DNA from: an uncultured Haloferula sp. | GTDB lineage: Bacteria; Verrucomicrobiota; Verrucomicrobiia; Verrucomicrobiales; Akkermansiaceae | DNA: 64,000 nucleotides | Assembly: GCA_965652295.1 (NCBI GenBank) | Contig: CBFGTS010000018.1 | Location: 1-64,000 of the forward strand | Reading direction: 5' to 3' | In this document: positions 1-9,300 of the stretch, one piece after another | How positions within the stretch are numbered: position 1 is the stretch's first letter | How the letters are laid out: the number at the start of each line of letters is the position of its first letter | Position numbers and translations under genes: made by a program | Notes under the pieces: model-generated | What the model saw: the letters and a program-made list of their open reading frames with translations, nothing else | Databases searched by the model: none | What the model was told of the DNA's origin: nothing

Positions 1-2
1 CG

Positions 3-473
3 AAGGCGATCACCCCGAGAAGGCTCAATGACATCTATTCGCTACGCTGGAGCATTGAATAGCGCCGAAGGCCTGTAGGCGCTATGGACGTAGGGAGTGG
101 AGCGACCGAAGCCCGCAGGGCGAGCCGCCGGGAGGAGGCGGCGAGTCAAATCAACTTCCGGGCGCTCAAGCAATCCTGCCAGATCCATCGGGCTCTCACC
201 CACAAAAGCGACTACTTTCATCTGGAGGCACTCGTCCTCGCAGCCATGATCTACCAGGTTCTGACGCTGAAACTTCACAACGACCTCTGCCGGAAGCACG
301 GGGCTGGAGGCTGGATGAGCATCGAGAAGATCAGTGATTTTTTCTCCATTTATCTCCTGTCACTCGACCGGTTCGAGGAGCTCCGGGTGTTCGCACCAGA
401 TCTCCGTCACCTCAGATACGAACGAAGACGACGCGCAAACCACTGGCAGTCAATCATTCACTGCTTAGGTTGA
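3..473 (+). pseudogene. IS4-family DDE transposase C-terminal part, interrupted by a 90-nt insertion carrying an in-frame TAG
   Basis: KAITPRRLNDIYSLRWSIE (3-59), TAG at 60-62, then the same frame resumes INFRALKQSCQ... at 150. Removing 90 nt restores RWSIEINFRALK. Confidence 0.8.
59..148. mobile_element. 90-nt hairpin-rich miniature insertion of unknown family
   Basis: Stems ATAGCGCC/GGCGCTAT (59-66/78-85), GCCC-GCA-GGGC and GCCGCC-GGGAGGA-GGCGGC. Precise removal restores the transposase codons ATT GAA ATC. Boundary is ambiguous by 1-2 nt. Confidence 0.7.
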
Positions 474-481
474 CGCGATTG

Positions 482-513
482 GGTCAGGGGTTCTGTGCTC
501 CGGCTTGTTCTGC
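482..513 (-). other. Truncated attC site (R''/L'' arm only) of cassette 2
   Basis: 32-nt exact copy of 1121-1152 (GGTCAGGGGTTCTGTGCTCCGGCTTGTTCTGC). The partner arm is replaced by the IS4 end. Confidence 0.85.
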
Positions 514-816
514 TTTGGTTGTTTGTTCTGGGAGCGGTCTAACCAAGAGGCTTGGACGGTCACCAGCCTTGAAGTGAATGCGGTCAGATCTCAACTTCAG
601 AATAATGTTGAAGATGTCGAACCTTGGATTGCCGTTCTCATCAAGGGCGCGTGGCTGAAAGAGCCACTTACGGATCGGCTTGCCGCCGAGAGTCGAATCA
701 TCGGTCAGTGCGAAGCTCGTTCCCTCAGGCACAACGATTAGAACATGCGCCTCATCGCCAAGATCGAGAACGTGCTCTACACGCACCGGCTGATCTACAA
801 GGTCGTCAATACCCAT
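484..816 (-). CDS. Integron cassette 2, second ORF, hypothetical protein (~110 aa)
   Basis: ATG at 816 (MGIDDLVDQPV...), overlaps the upstream ORF by 11 nt, stop lies inside attC. Lower GC than the backbone. Confidence 0.65.
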   Translation of the reverse strand: MGIDDLVDQPVRVEHVLDLGDEAHVLIVVPEGTSFALTDDSTLGGKPIRKWLFQPRALDENGNPRFDIFNIILKLRSDRIHFKAGDRPSLLVRPLPEQTTKAEQAGAQNP

Positions 817-1021
817 ACTTCGACGGGTTCGATAGGGTTGTATCCACCGACCATTCCGCTTGCTCTCGCGACGCGGCAGCATCCATCAGAAGCTGGATCA
901 TCTTCGTTCGGTCGCGTCCCTTAGCTGCGGCCTCGTAATCGTCAAGGAGCCCACATGCAAAGAGACGCTCGTTGACTGTCATGCCACGAAGCTCTTCCTG
1001 CGATGGTCGGGGCGAATTCAT
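806..1021 (-). CDS. Integron cassette 2, first ORF, hypothetical protein (71 aa)
   Basis: ATG 5 nt after the GTTCTGC core site (GTTCTGC-TGAAA-ATG); MNSPRPSQEELRGMTVNERLFACGLL... Confidence 0.7.
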   Translation of the reverse strand: MNSPRPSQEELRGMTVNERLFACGLLDDYEAAAKGRDRTKMIQLLMDAAASREQAEWSVDTTLSNPSKYGY

Positions 1022-1026
1022 TTTCA

Positions 1027-1152
1027 GCAGAACGTCAGAGGACACAGGACCCCTGACCGGGGGTGCTGCTTCGACTGCGGGTTGGGGTTGTAGTAGTCAT
1101 GACGGCTGGAACTCGCGGCTGGTCAGGGGTTCTGTGCTCCGGCTTGTTCTGC
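1027..1152 (-). other. Complete attC site (126 bp) of cassette 1
   Basis: Minus strand R'' GCAGAAC (1152-1146) ... R' GTTCTGC (1033-1027). Imperfect inverted arms GCAGAAC-AAGCCGGAG-CACAGAACCCCTGACC versus GCAGAAC-GTCAGAGGA-CACAGGACCCCTGACC around a ~60-nt loop. Confidence 0.9.
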
Positions 1153-1491
1153 CTTCATTGTTCGGCAGTCTAGGATTGTAGTGTTGTCTACCCCCATTCC
1201 CTCGATAGCGGCCGTAATCCGGTCCCAGGTCTTCATCATGCTCCCCGGCTTCTCCGTGAACTGCGAAGAAAACTTCCGCCCTTCGTCCGTCAACTGAATC
1301 ATCTTCCCGTCTCTTTGGAGAAGACCCTTCGACTCAGCCCATGCGAATGAGGCTTCTATCTCCTTGTGCGTTGGGACCGCATGGTTGATTCCGTCCGCGA
1401 CTGCCTCGATCTCACGGCGCTTCGCTGGTTGATTGGTCGCTGCCGCCGATGCTGCGTAGAAGATCCACGCGTATGTCTGAGCCTCGGTCAT
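1123..1491 (-). CDS. Integron cassette 1 protein (122 aa), possible winged-helix fold
   Basis: ATG 6 nt after the attI core. The pattern ...KGLLQRDGKMIQLTDEGR resembles a wHTH wing. Stop lies inside attC. Confidence 0.75.
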   Translation of the reverse strand: MTEAQTYAWIFYAASAAATNQPAKRREIEAVADGINHAVPTHKEIEASFAWAESKGLLQRDGKMIQLTDEGRKFSSQFTEKPGSMMKTWDRITAAIEGMGVDNTTILDCRTMKAEQAGAQNP

Positions 1492-1497
1492 TTTTTG

Positions 1498-1518
1498 GCA
1501 GAACAGGTTTTATTAGTA
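1498..1518 (-). other. attI-like primary recombination site
   Basis: Minus strand TACTAATAAAACCT-GTTCTGC directly before cassette 1. The A-rich box plus G/TT core resembles attI1 (CTAAAACAAAGTT), and there is no attC-type inverted partner upstream. Confidence 0.7.
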
Positions 1519-1540
1519 GGGTCGAGGATGGCTATATCCA
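1512..1540 (-). promoter_or_regulatory. Possible Pc-type cassette promoter
   Basis: TGGATA-N16/17-TACTAAT on the minus strand overlapping attI; only a partial sigma70 match. Confidence 0.3.
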
Positions 1541-2084
1541 GCGATCCTTTTCGGGGAGGGTGGCTGGGAATCCTCGATTTCACAAGGATTTTTCCGGCTT
1601 GGGTGCGTATATCGGCTGACGTGGGAGTGTGTTTCGGGGGGACGAAAGCGGGGGGTGATATAGGCGGTCTTTCACTGGTGGTGGGTCGTGGGTGCCGCGG
1701 AGTCGGGCAATGACTATCGTCGCAGGGGATCAAGCCGGGGAGCGAGCGTGCCGGAATGCCAATGAGATGAAGCCGCGGATGGACGGATTCACGCAGAATC
1801 GTCGAGGGCCGAGGCCTCATGCAGGCTTCCGAGCCCCAAGTTGCCTTTTTCTATCACCGAGAAACGGAGATGTAAGGAGATCACGGAGAAGGCAGGATGA
1901 GAGGTTTTCGGACCCGGTGGTCTCGGTCATTTTTAGTGTCTCGATATCCGGAAGAATGCCTCTGCAGCCGCGAGCCACCTCGAAGCCTTCTACCGGAAGG
2001 GACTGTTGGGGTTCACAGGCGAGGCACCGGTGCGGGGGGGACCAAGGTGTCTGCCCGTTTGCGTGGGGTCGCGGGTCTGGGGAG

Positions 2085-3004
2085 TCAGCCGGTGCCGGCG
2101 AGGCGGTCGAGCGGGCTGGTGACGCCGAGGCCGTTGGCACCGACGGCGACGTGAAGGTAGATCTCGGTGGTGGTGATGTCCTCGTGGCCGAGGAGGTCCT
2201 GGATGGTGCGGAGGTCGGCTCCGTCCTCAAGCAGGTGGGTGGCGAAGGAGTGGCGCAGGGCGTGGCTGGTGACGCGTTTCTCGATGCCTGCGGATCTAGT
2301 GTGGTGATCACGAAATCCCGAGACGAAATGAGTGACTGAAAGTTTCTGAGAGTCAGCTCGCTTCGCTCGGCCGGTTTCGAAAGCGCGGCGCTTTTTCCCA
2401 TCTCTGCGTTGCTCCTCGGTCACGGATATTCATCCGCTCCCTCGTCGCGCCTCGATCTTGGAAAAAATCCCTCGCGCATTTCGCCCAGCTATTTCGTGAT
2501 CACCACACTAGCGGCGCGTTTGATGGCTTCGTTGTAAACGGGCCCGAGCATGTGGTGGCGGCGGCGGAGGTTGCATTCCGGATCGACGGAGGTTTGGTGG
2601 GCAGGAAAGAGCCAGAACCATTCGAAGGTTTCTCGGGCGCGGCTGAATTTCCGGGCGAGGGCGTTTGGCATGTGGACCCCTGCGAGGCCGGTTTCCCGGT
2701 CACCTTGCCAGACGGCTCTGGCGTGCTCGATCTGCGAGGCGAGCCGGGTGGCAAGGGACTTGGGCAGGACGGTGGAGCGGTCCTTGTCGCCTTTGCCCTG
2801 ACGGACGGTCAGGGTGCCCCGGCCGATGTCCACGTCCTGAATCCGTAACCGGACGAGTTCGGAGAGGCGCAGGCCGGCACCGTATTGGAGGCGTGCGGCG
2901 AGGGCGTAGCGCGGATCGGTGTGGGTGGTTTCGAGTTTCTCGAAGAGGCGGTGGGTTTCTTGTTTGGAGAGGACGACGGGGATGCGGGTGCCGGTTTTTT
3001 TGAG
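2085..3004 (-). pseudogene. intI: Integron integrase, 5'-truncated and MITE-interrupted
   Basis: RIPVVLS...YGAGLRLSE...GKGDKDR, the integron-specific insertion [37 protein letters not shown]...[13 protein letters not shown]. No start codon or N-terminal domain upstream of ~3004 (in-frame stop near 3087). Confidence 0.92.
2296..2511. mobile_element. MITE (212 bp net insertion) with 21-bp perfect terminal inverted repeats, CTAG at both ends (IS630-like)
   Basis: CTAGTGTGGTGATCACGAAAT (2296-2316) / ATTTCGTGATCACCACACTAG (2491-2511). Removal restores intI codons [13 protein letters not shown] in frame. Confidence 0.92.
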
Positions 3005-3028
3005 GCAGAGGGCCTGCGGGGGAAGGCG

Positions 3029-3223
3029 GTGCCGGTTTAAAAACCGGCGCTCCGTTTTGAAGACGCGGCGGGGGTGCGGGGTTGCCTACCTTTGAGGAAA
3101 GGAAGTTTGTGGGGTGGAGCGATGCCGAATTCATATTCGGCGCTCCTCTTGGAAATGCAGATGAAGAGGGTGCACAGGGTGGCGGGCTCGGGAGGTTGTG
3201 GGACGGGGGCGTCCCACCTCCTA
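3029..3223. repeat. REP-like palindromes beside the intI truncation point
   Basis: GTGCCGGTTTAAAAACCGGCGC (~3029-3050) and GTGGGACGGGGGCGTCCCAC (~3198-3217) hairpins in intergenic DNA. Confidence 0.45.
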
Positions 3224-3311
3224 TGCGAGGCGATCCGGGTGACGAGTGACTTGGGCCTGCGTCAAAGGCTTCTTTACTCCACCCTCTGGAACAGGGCAGG
3301 GTGGAGATGCT

Positions 3312-6300
3312 ATGACCTCCCTCCGCCTTTCAAGCGGCCGTCTTGTCGGGTCGCTTCTGGTCGGCCTTTGTCCGGTCGGCTGCCTTCTGGCCGCGAGCAT
3401 CGGTGCGATCGATCCGCCATCGGGAATGCCGGGGGACACGGTGACGTTGACCGGCAGCTTCGATCCTGCCGGCAGTCATGCGGTCGCACTCGGCGGTATC
3501 GCGGCCGGCGGCGTCGTGGTCACCGATACAACTCTGAGCTTCACCGTGCCCGCCGGGGCGGCTTCGGGGACGATCTCGCTGACCGAGAACGGCGAGGAAA
3601 CCAAATACCCGGTTCCTTTCTTGGTTTCCCGCGAGGTGAGCGGCGTGCTGGTCCCGCCGACGGGGATTTCCGCCATCGGCTTCAAGGTGGTAGGCGGTGA
3701 GGGTGAAAGCGCTACCGCCGTGGACGGCAGCTTCACCAGCGTGGTGTCGAGCGGCAAGCCGACCCTGCTATGGGTGTACAAACCCGGCATGCCGGGGACT
3801 TTTCTCGCGCTGGTGACCGATAGCGACGCGAGCGTCACGGTCGATGCGGCATCGACCGCCCTCGCGCTGGCGGCGGTCAACCCTCTGGTGGGCTTCCGCG
3901 ATTCCGCGGAAATGGACGGCGTCAGGGCGGGGATCGAGGCTCACGAGGACTTCGCGGCGCTGGTCGGGGTGATCGAGGACGCCTTCGCTGGCAGCTACGA
4001 CTACCTCGATGACGCCCGGCTGGACGACCCGCTGACGGCGCTGGCGCTGGCCTCGACCCCGCCGGAGCCGCCGGCCGCCGCGGCGTCGCTGGCTTTCGAG
4101 GATGTTGGTTCGGGCTTTCCCGAGGTGCGGCTGGCGGAGCTGAGCCCGGGCGGGGTGCCGAACGTGTTCGACAGCAAGATCGTGGCCTCGCCGAAGCGCG
4201 GCACGGAGTTCCTGATTCTCGAAAACGGCCGGACTTCGCGCCCCAACACCGTGGACTGGACGATGGAGTTGTTCCGGCTCAGCCCGAGCCAGTTCCCGAA
4301 CGGCTTGAGCGACCTGCTGGCGCTCGACGGCAACTCGCTACTGGAGCCGGCGAACGCCGTGCCTTTGCAGAGCGGCTACGAGCGGGCGGAGCTGCTGACG
4401 GCGAACCTCGACGTGCTCGGCAAGCTGGCTGGCGCGGTCTTCGACGTGGTCAACGGCGTGGTCAAGGAGCGCACCGGCCTCGGGCTTGATCCGCCGAAAA
4501 CCAACCAGTTCGCGATCGACCGGCACGTGGACGAGATCTACCTGCTGCAATCTTACAGCGGCAACCTTCCCAATGGGCTCGGATTCCAGTCCGCAGTGCT
4601 GGAGGCGGGTGACCCGAACAGCCAGTGGGCCTTCGCGCTGGCGGGCAATCTGCTCATCTCCGCGCTGGATGCGGCCGGGGTGTTCGCCGACGCCAAGAGC
4701 GTCACGGGCATCGACAGCGATTTCATCGCCAACCTCAACATCGACCTGGCGAAAACCCTGGCGGTCTATCGCGGTCGCGGTGATCTGGATTTCGGCAGCT
4801 TTCTCGATCTCGCCAAGGCGGCGACCACCTCGGTGATCAAGAGCTACTACAGCCACCTGGTCAGCGAGGACACGGTGGCGGAACTGGCGCCGCGCGCGGC
4901 CAAGGCGATCGGCAAGAGCTTCGACATCATCGGAAAGATTTCCAGCGGAGCGCAGGCAGTCGAGCGACTCACCGGGCTGGGCTTCCAGTCAACCTGGGCG
5001 GTCGAGCGTTCGCTGTTGATCGTGGGCAATCCGTTGCGGCCGTTCATTACCGGAATCTCACCGACCGAGGCGAAGGGAGGGCAGACGGTGACCATCGCCG
5101 GCGGAAACTTTTCCTGGGACCCTGCGGAGCTCTCGGTGGCTTTCTGCGACTTCCACTCGACTTCGGGCGATGTCGCCGCCTCGGTGCCGGCCACCATCAC
5201 GCGCGCCTCGCCGACGCACCTCGACGTCACCGTGCCGGACGCCGCCACCTATCGGGCGAACTTCGCCAACGGGACTTCCTTCCTGTGTGTGACGAAGGAC
5301 GGGGAGGAGGTCTTTTCGACGAATGCCGGCGACGCCGGTGTGTTCACCATGCCGCCTCCGCCGACGATCACCGGACTGGAGCCGGAAGTGGTGACTTCGG
5401 GAGCTGTCATTTCGATCGTCGGCGAGCGTTTCGGGTCGGAAGCGAAGGTCTTCTTCGATGGTTTCACGGAAATCGGAACCTTCCAGAAGACCGCCGACCG
5501 GATCGTCGTGGCGCTGCCCGGTGCGGCGGCTGGCGAGCACACCCTGACGGTCAAAATGGGCGACGACACTAGCGAGGCCTTCACCTTCGAGGTGGTGCGA
5601 CCCGAGGACGTGCCGCGGGTGAAGCCCGGCGGGGTCTCGATCCAGATCACGGAAATGACGATGACCAACTCGCCGGACGGCCAGGTCAGCCTGCTGGAAG
5701 CCTTGCTGATCGCCAACGGCACCCTGGGGCGGCCGATCGAGCAGCATGTCGAGGGCGAGCCCGCCGGCATTTCCCGGGAAACCGACTTCGTGTTCGGCGA
5801 CGACGAGTTCGGGCTCGGCGGTGGGGCCGCGGTGCGGGACACCATCAGCTCCAGTCTGGGCGCCGGGGTTTTCCCGATCTCCGCGGCGCTGCCCGGCCTC
5901 GCGGCAGGAGATGACATCGATCTCGACGGCGCGACACTCGATGGCACCGGCGCGCCCGGCGGTGCCTTCGTGCTGGACGGTGCCGACGACGTGGTGCTCG
6001 AGGACGTGATCCTCAAGAACTTCCCCGGCGACGGCATCGTGGTGAGCAACGACACCCAGGGCGCGGAAGTCCAGCGGGTCACCGTCGATGGCGTCGGCGG
6101 CGCGGGGGTGGTCGTGGACAACCTTTGCACCTTCAACACCTTCACTACCATTGAGGTGTTGAACGTCGGCGGCGAGGGACTGCGGGTGAGCGGCGACTCC
6201 GACGAGAACCTTTTCAGCTCTTTTCAGATCGACGGCACCGGAAGCCATGGCCTGCGGATCGACGGCGGGAGCGATCACAATCAATTCAACAGTTTCACCA

Positions 6301-9300
6301 TTCACGACTGCGGTGCGGACGGGCTGCGCCTTGCCGGAGGCTCTGAACGCAATCTTTTCGGGATCTTGCTGGAGATCAGCGAAATGACGGACGCGGGGAT
6401 CCGGTTGACGGGTGCCGGAACGCGTTACAACCGGCTGGCCGAGACGGTGACCAGCGGATCGGACGCGGTGCGGGTGCTGCCGGCGGTGCGGGACTGCGGA
6501 ACCCAGGGTGTGGCGATCGAGGAGGGGGCGAGCTACAACGTCGTGGCCCCGCGTTTCATTTCCAACTGCACCGGAGGAGGCGTGCGGGTGAGCGGAGCGG
6601 CGACGACCCACAACACCATCGGGCATCCCTACCGGCGGTTTCCGGGGGACTTTAACCCGGTGTTCTTCAGCCTGATCGCCGACAACGGCAGCCACGGTGT
6701 GGTGCTCACCGGCGGCTCCGGTCAGACGTTGGTGAGCGGCATCAATCTCTACAACAACCAGGGCGACGGGGTGCGGGTCGATGGCAGTTCGTTCAACTCG
6801 CTGCTGTCATTTCGCAGCGGCGTCCAGGATTTCATCGAGGACACCGATCCGGTCGCCTCGCCGAGCACCGGCGCCTCGGTGCGGCTGACGAACGCTTCGT
6901 CCAACAACGTCATCGGCACGGTGATCGAGGTGGTGGTGTCGAACTTCGGCAGCAACCCGACGGAGGATTTCATCAATCACTTCGCCAACGACCTGGGCGG
7001 CGGAGTGATCATCGAGGGCGACTCCGACCGCAACCATGTCTATGGCACGCGGATCGGCAGCGTGGGATTCGAAGACTACCACGGCGCGGTCGGAGGTCCG
7101 GGCGTGGTCTTGCGTGGCGGCGCCTCGGAGAACCGCTTGGGCGGCGGCAGTGATTACGACGAGCAGATCTTCATCGCCTCCTGCGTGGAGGCGGCGGTCG
7201 TGATCGATGGCGCGGACACCACCGGCAACGAACTGGCCGGCCTGGAGATCGGCCGTTTTCCGGACGGGGTTGCTCCCGAACGTTTGCCGGCGCTGGGAAT
7301 TCATTTGAGAAATGGCACCCGCGGCAACCAGATCGGCGTCATCGGGCCGATGGACAAGGATCTGAGTTTCGGCCCCCGGCGGGAATCGGTATCGGTGGTG
7401 GGGGCCCGGGGACCGGGACTGTGGCTGGAGGCCTGCGGCGGATCGGTGGGTACGGATGGGGAGATGTCGCTGCCTAACGTGGTGCATAACTGTGCCTTCA
7501 ACTCCTGCGAGACGGGCATCCTGATCAGTGACGATGCGATGGCCAATGTGATCGGCGGTACGCGTGGCGGCGGGCCGGAGTCGGATGGCTTCGTGAACTT
7601 CAACGACGTCTACACCGAGGAGAACAACAGCGTATCCGGTTCGACGGTGGCGGGGCTGCGTTTTTCCAACATGAACCACGCCAGCCCGCTGCTGCGCAAC
7701 GTGATCCAGAATCTCTCGATTTCGGGAGCCTTCGGGTCGCTGCCGCCCAGCCTGGATCTGGCGGCGGGTCCGCCGGATGGCTGCGGGATCCTGATCGATC
7801 CGGATTGCTCGGACGTGGTGGTGGGCGAAACGAGGAATGTCGGCATTTCGATCACCAACAGCTTGGTCGGTGCCTACATCGACGGCTCGGAAGGCAATCT
7901 GATCCGCGCGCTCGACCTTTCCTCCTTCGGCCAGATGGCGGCGGGGATCGTCGTGCGCGGCGGCAGCCAGAACGTGATCGGAGAGCCGGGCGCCGGCGCG
8001 AACCGGATTCGTTTCGTCGGCGCGGGGTCGCTGCCGAGTTGTGGCATCGCGCTGGTGGACCATGCGGACGAGAACACGGTGCAGGCGAGCCGGATCGAGT
8101 TCGGCAGCGGGGTGGGGATCGGCATTTCGCAGTCGGCGCTCAACCTGATCGGCGGGGCGGGCCGGCTGGCGGGCAACGAGATCCTCGGCCACACCCTGAG
8201 CGGGGTGGAAATTGACGGCAACCTGGCTGTCGGCAACCGCGTGCAGGGGAACTTCGTCGGGGTCGCCCGCAACGGCGCGCTGGACGACCCGGTCAACGGA
8301 AACTTCGGCAACCTCGAGGATGGGGTGCGGGTGACGGGTGGCGCGAGCGGGAATCTGATCGGCGGGCGCTACGAGGCGAATCGGGCAGGGGCGAGCGTCC
8401 AGGTGAGCGGACCGGTGATTCCGGTGCCGACACCCAACGCGATCACCCAGAGCGGGATGGCCGGGGTGGCGATCGATGGCTCCGCCTCCGATGGAAATTC
8501 GATTCTTTCGAACTCGATTTACGGCAACTCCGGCACGGGGATCGAGCTGAGATCGGCAGGCAACGACGACCTTCCCGCACCGACGGGGAGTTATGCGACG
8601 GGCACCGCCGCGGGGATGGTCGATGGTTCGGTGGCGGTCGGCAGCCGGGTGCAGGTCTTCAGCGATGCGGGCGAGCAGGGCGAAGTGCTGATCGGCGAAG
8701 CGCTGGTTCGGACCGGCGGTGCCTGGACCGCGACCTCACTGGCACCGGCGCCCTTTGCGAACATCACCGCGACGGTCACCGATGCCGTCAGCGGGGCGAC
8801 CTCGCCCTTCGGGCTCATGACCACTCCGGTCTCGACCTTTGAGGTGCGACGCGCCGGCGGTGGGGCGCCCATCGCCCGCACGACGGATCTTCTCGGCGAC
8901 GTCGTCGTCCAGCGCATCGCCCTGGAGGCAAACGGAGCGGATGTCCGGGTGACCGGTCTGACTTTCGCTGCTTCAGGGAGCCTGGATGAAACCACCGGTC
9001 TGAACAGTGTGCGGTTGATGCGCGACAACAACGCCGACGGACAGGTTGACGCCGGCGACTCCCTGCTGCGGGGCGGGATGGCCTTCGATGCCGATGACGG
9101 GATGGTGGCGTTCGGTGAGCTTGGCGAGGTGATCGCCAACGGTGAAACGCAGGAATGGTTGGTGGTCTATGAACCGGCGGCGACACCTCCGGCGGACGGC
9201 ACGACCTTCAGTCTTTCGCTGGCGGAAAGCGGTGCGGTCGAGGCGACGACCTTCCTTCCGGCGGGGCTCGACGTGACGCCGGTGAATCCTTTCCCGGTGC

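Larger units (their letters stand above)
1..481 (+). mobile_element. Right end of an IS4-family insertion sequence (left end outside window)
   Basis: Frame 3 reads ...DIYSLRWSIE/INFRALKQ... (IS4 Y-x2-R-x3-E-x6-K signature). The ORF stop at 471-473 lies inside a terminal CTTAGGTTGACGCGATTG (464-481) resembling IS4-type right IRs. The element abuts the remaining half of an attC at 482. Confidence 0.75.

Noticed and set aside
84..473. 129-aa ORF as an independent gene
   Set aside because: Its ATG lies inside the 90-nt insertion; the rest is the IS4 transposase C-terminus.
482..1152. Two identical 32-nt repeats as a CRISPR array
   Set aside because: They are ~640 bp apart, separated by ORFs, and one has an inverted partner arm; they are attC arms. 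No cas genes are present.
1488..2401. ORFs 1488-1820, 1692-2339 and 1817-2401
   Set aside because: Low-complexity Pro/Arg/Ser translations overlapping attI, the spacer or intI; no family motifs.
2085..2833. Two separate recombinase genes or XerC/D
   Set aside because: They join in frame once the MITE is removed and carry the integron-specific insertion.
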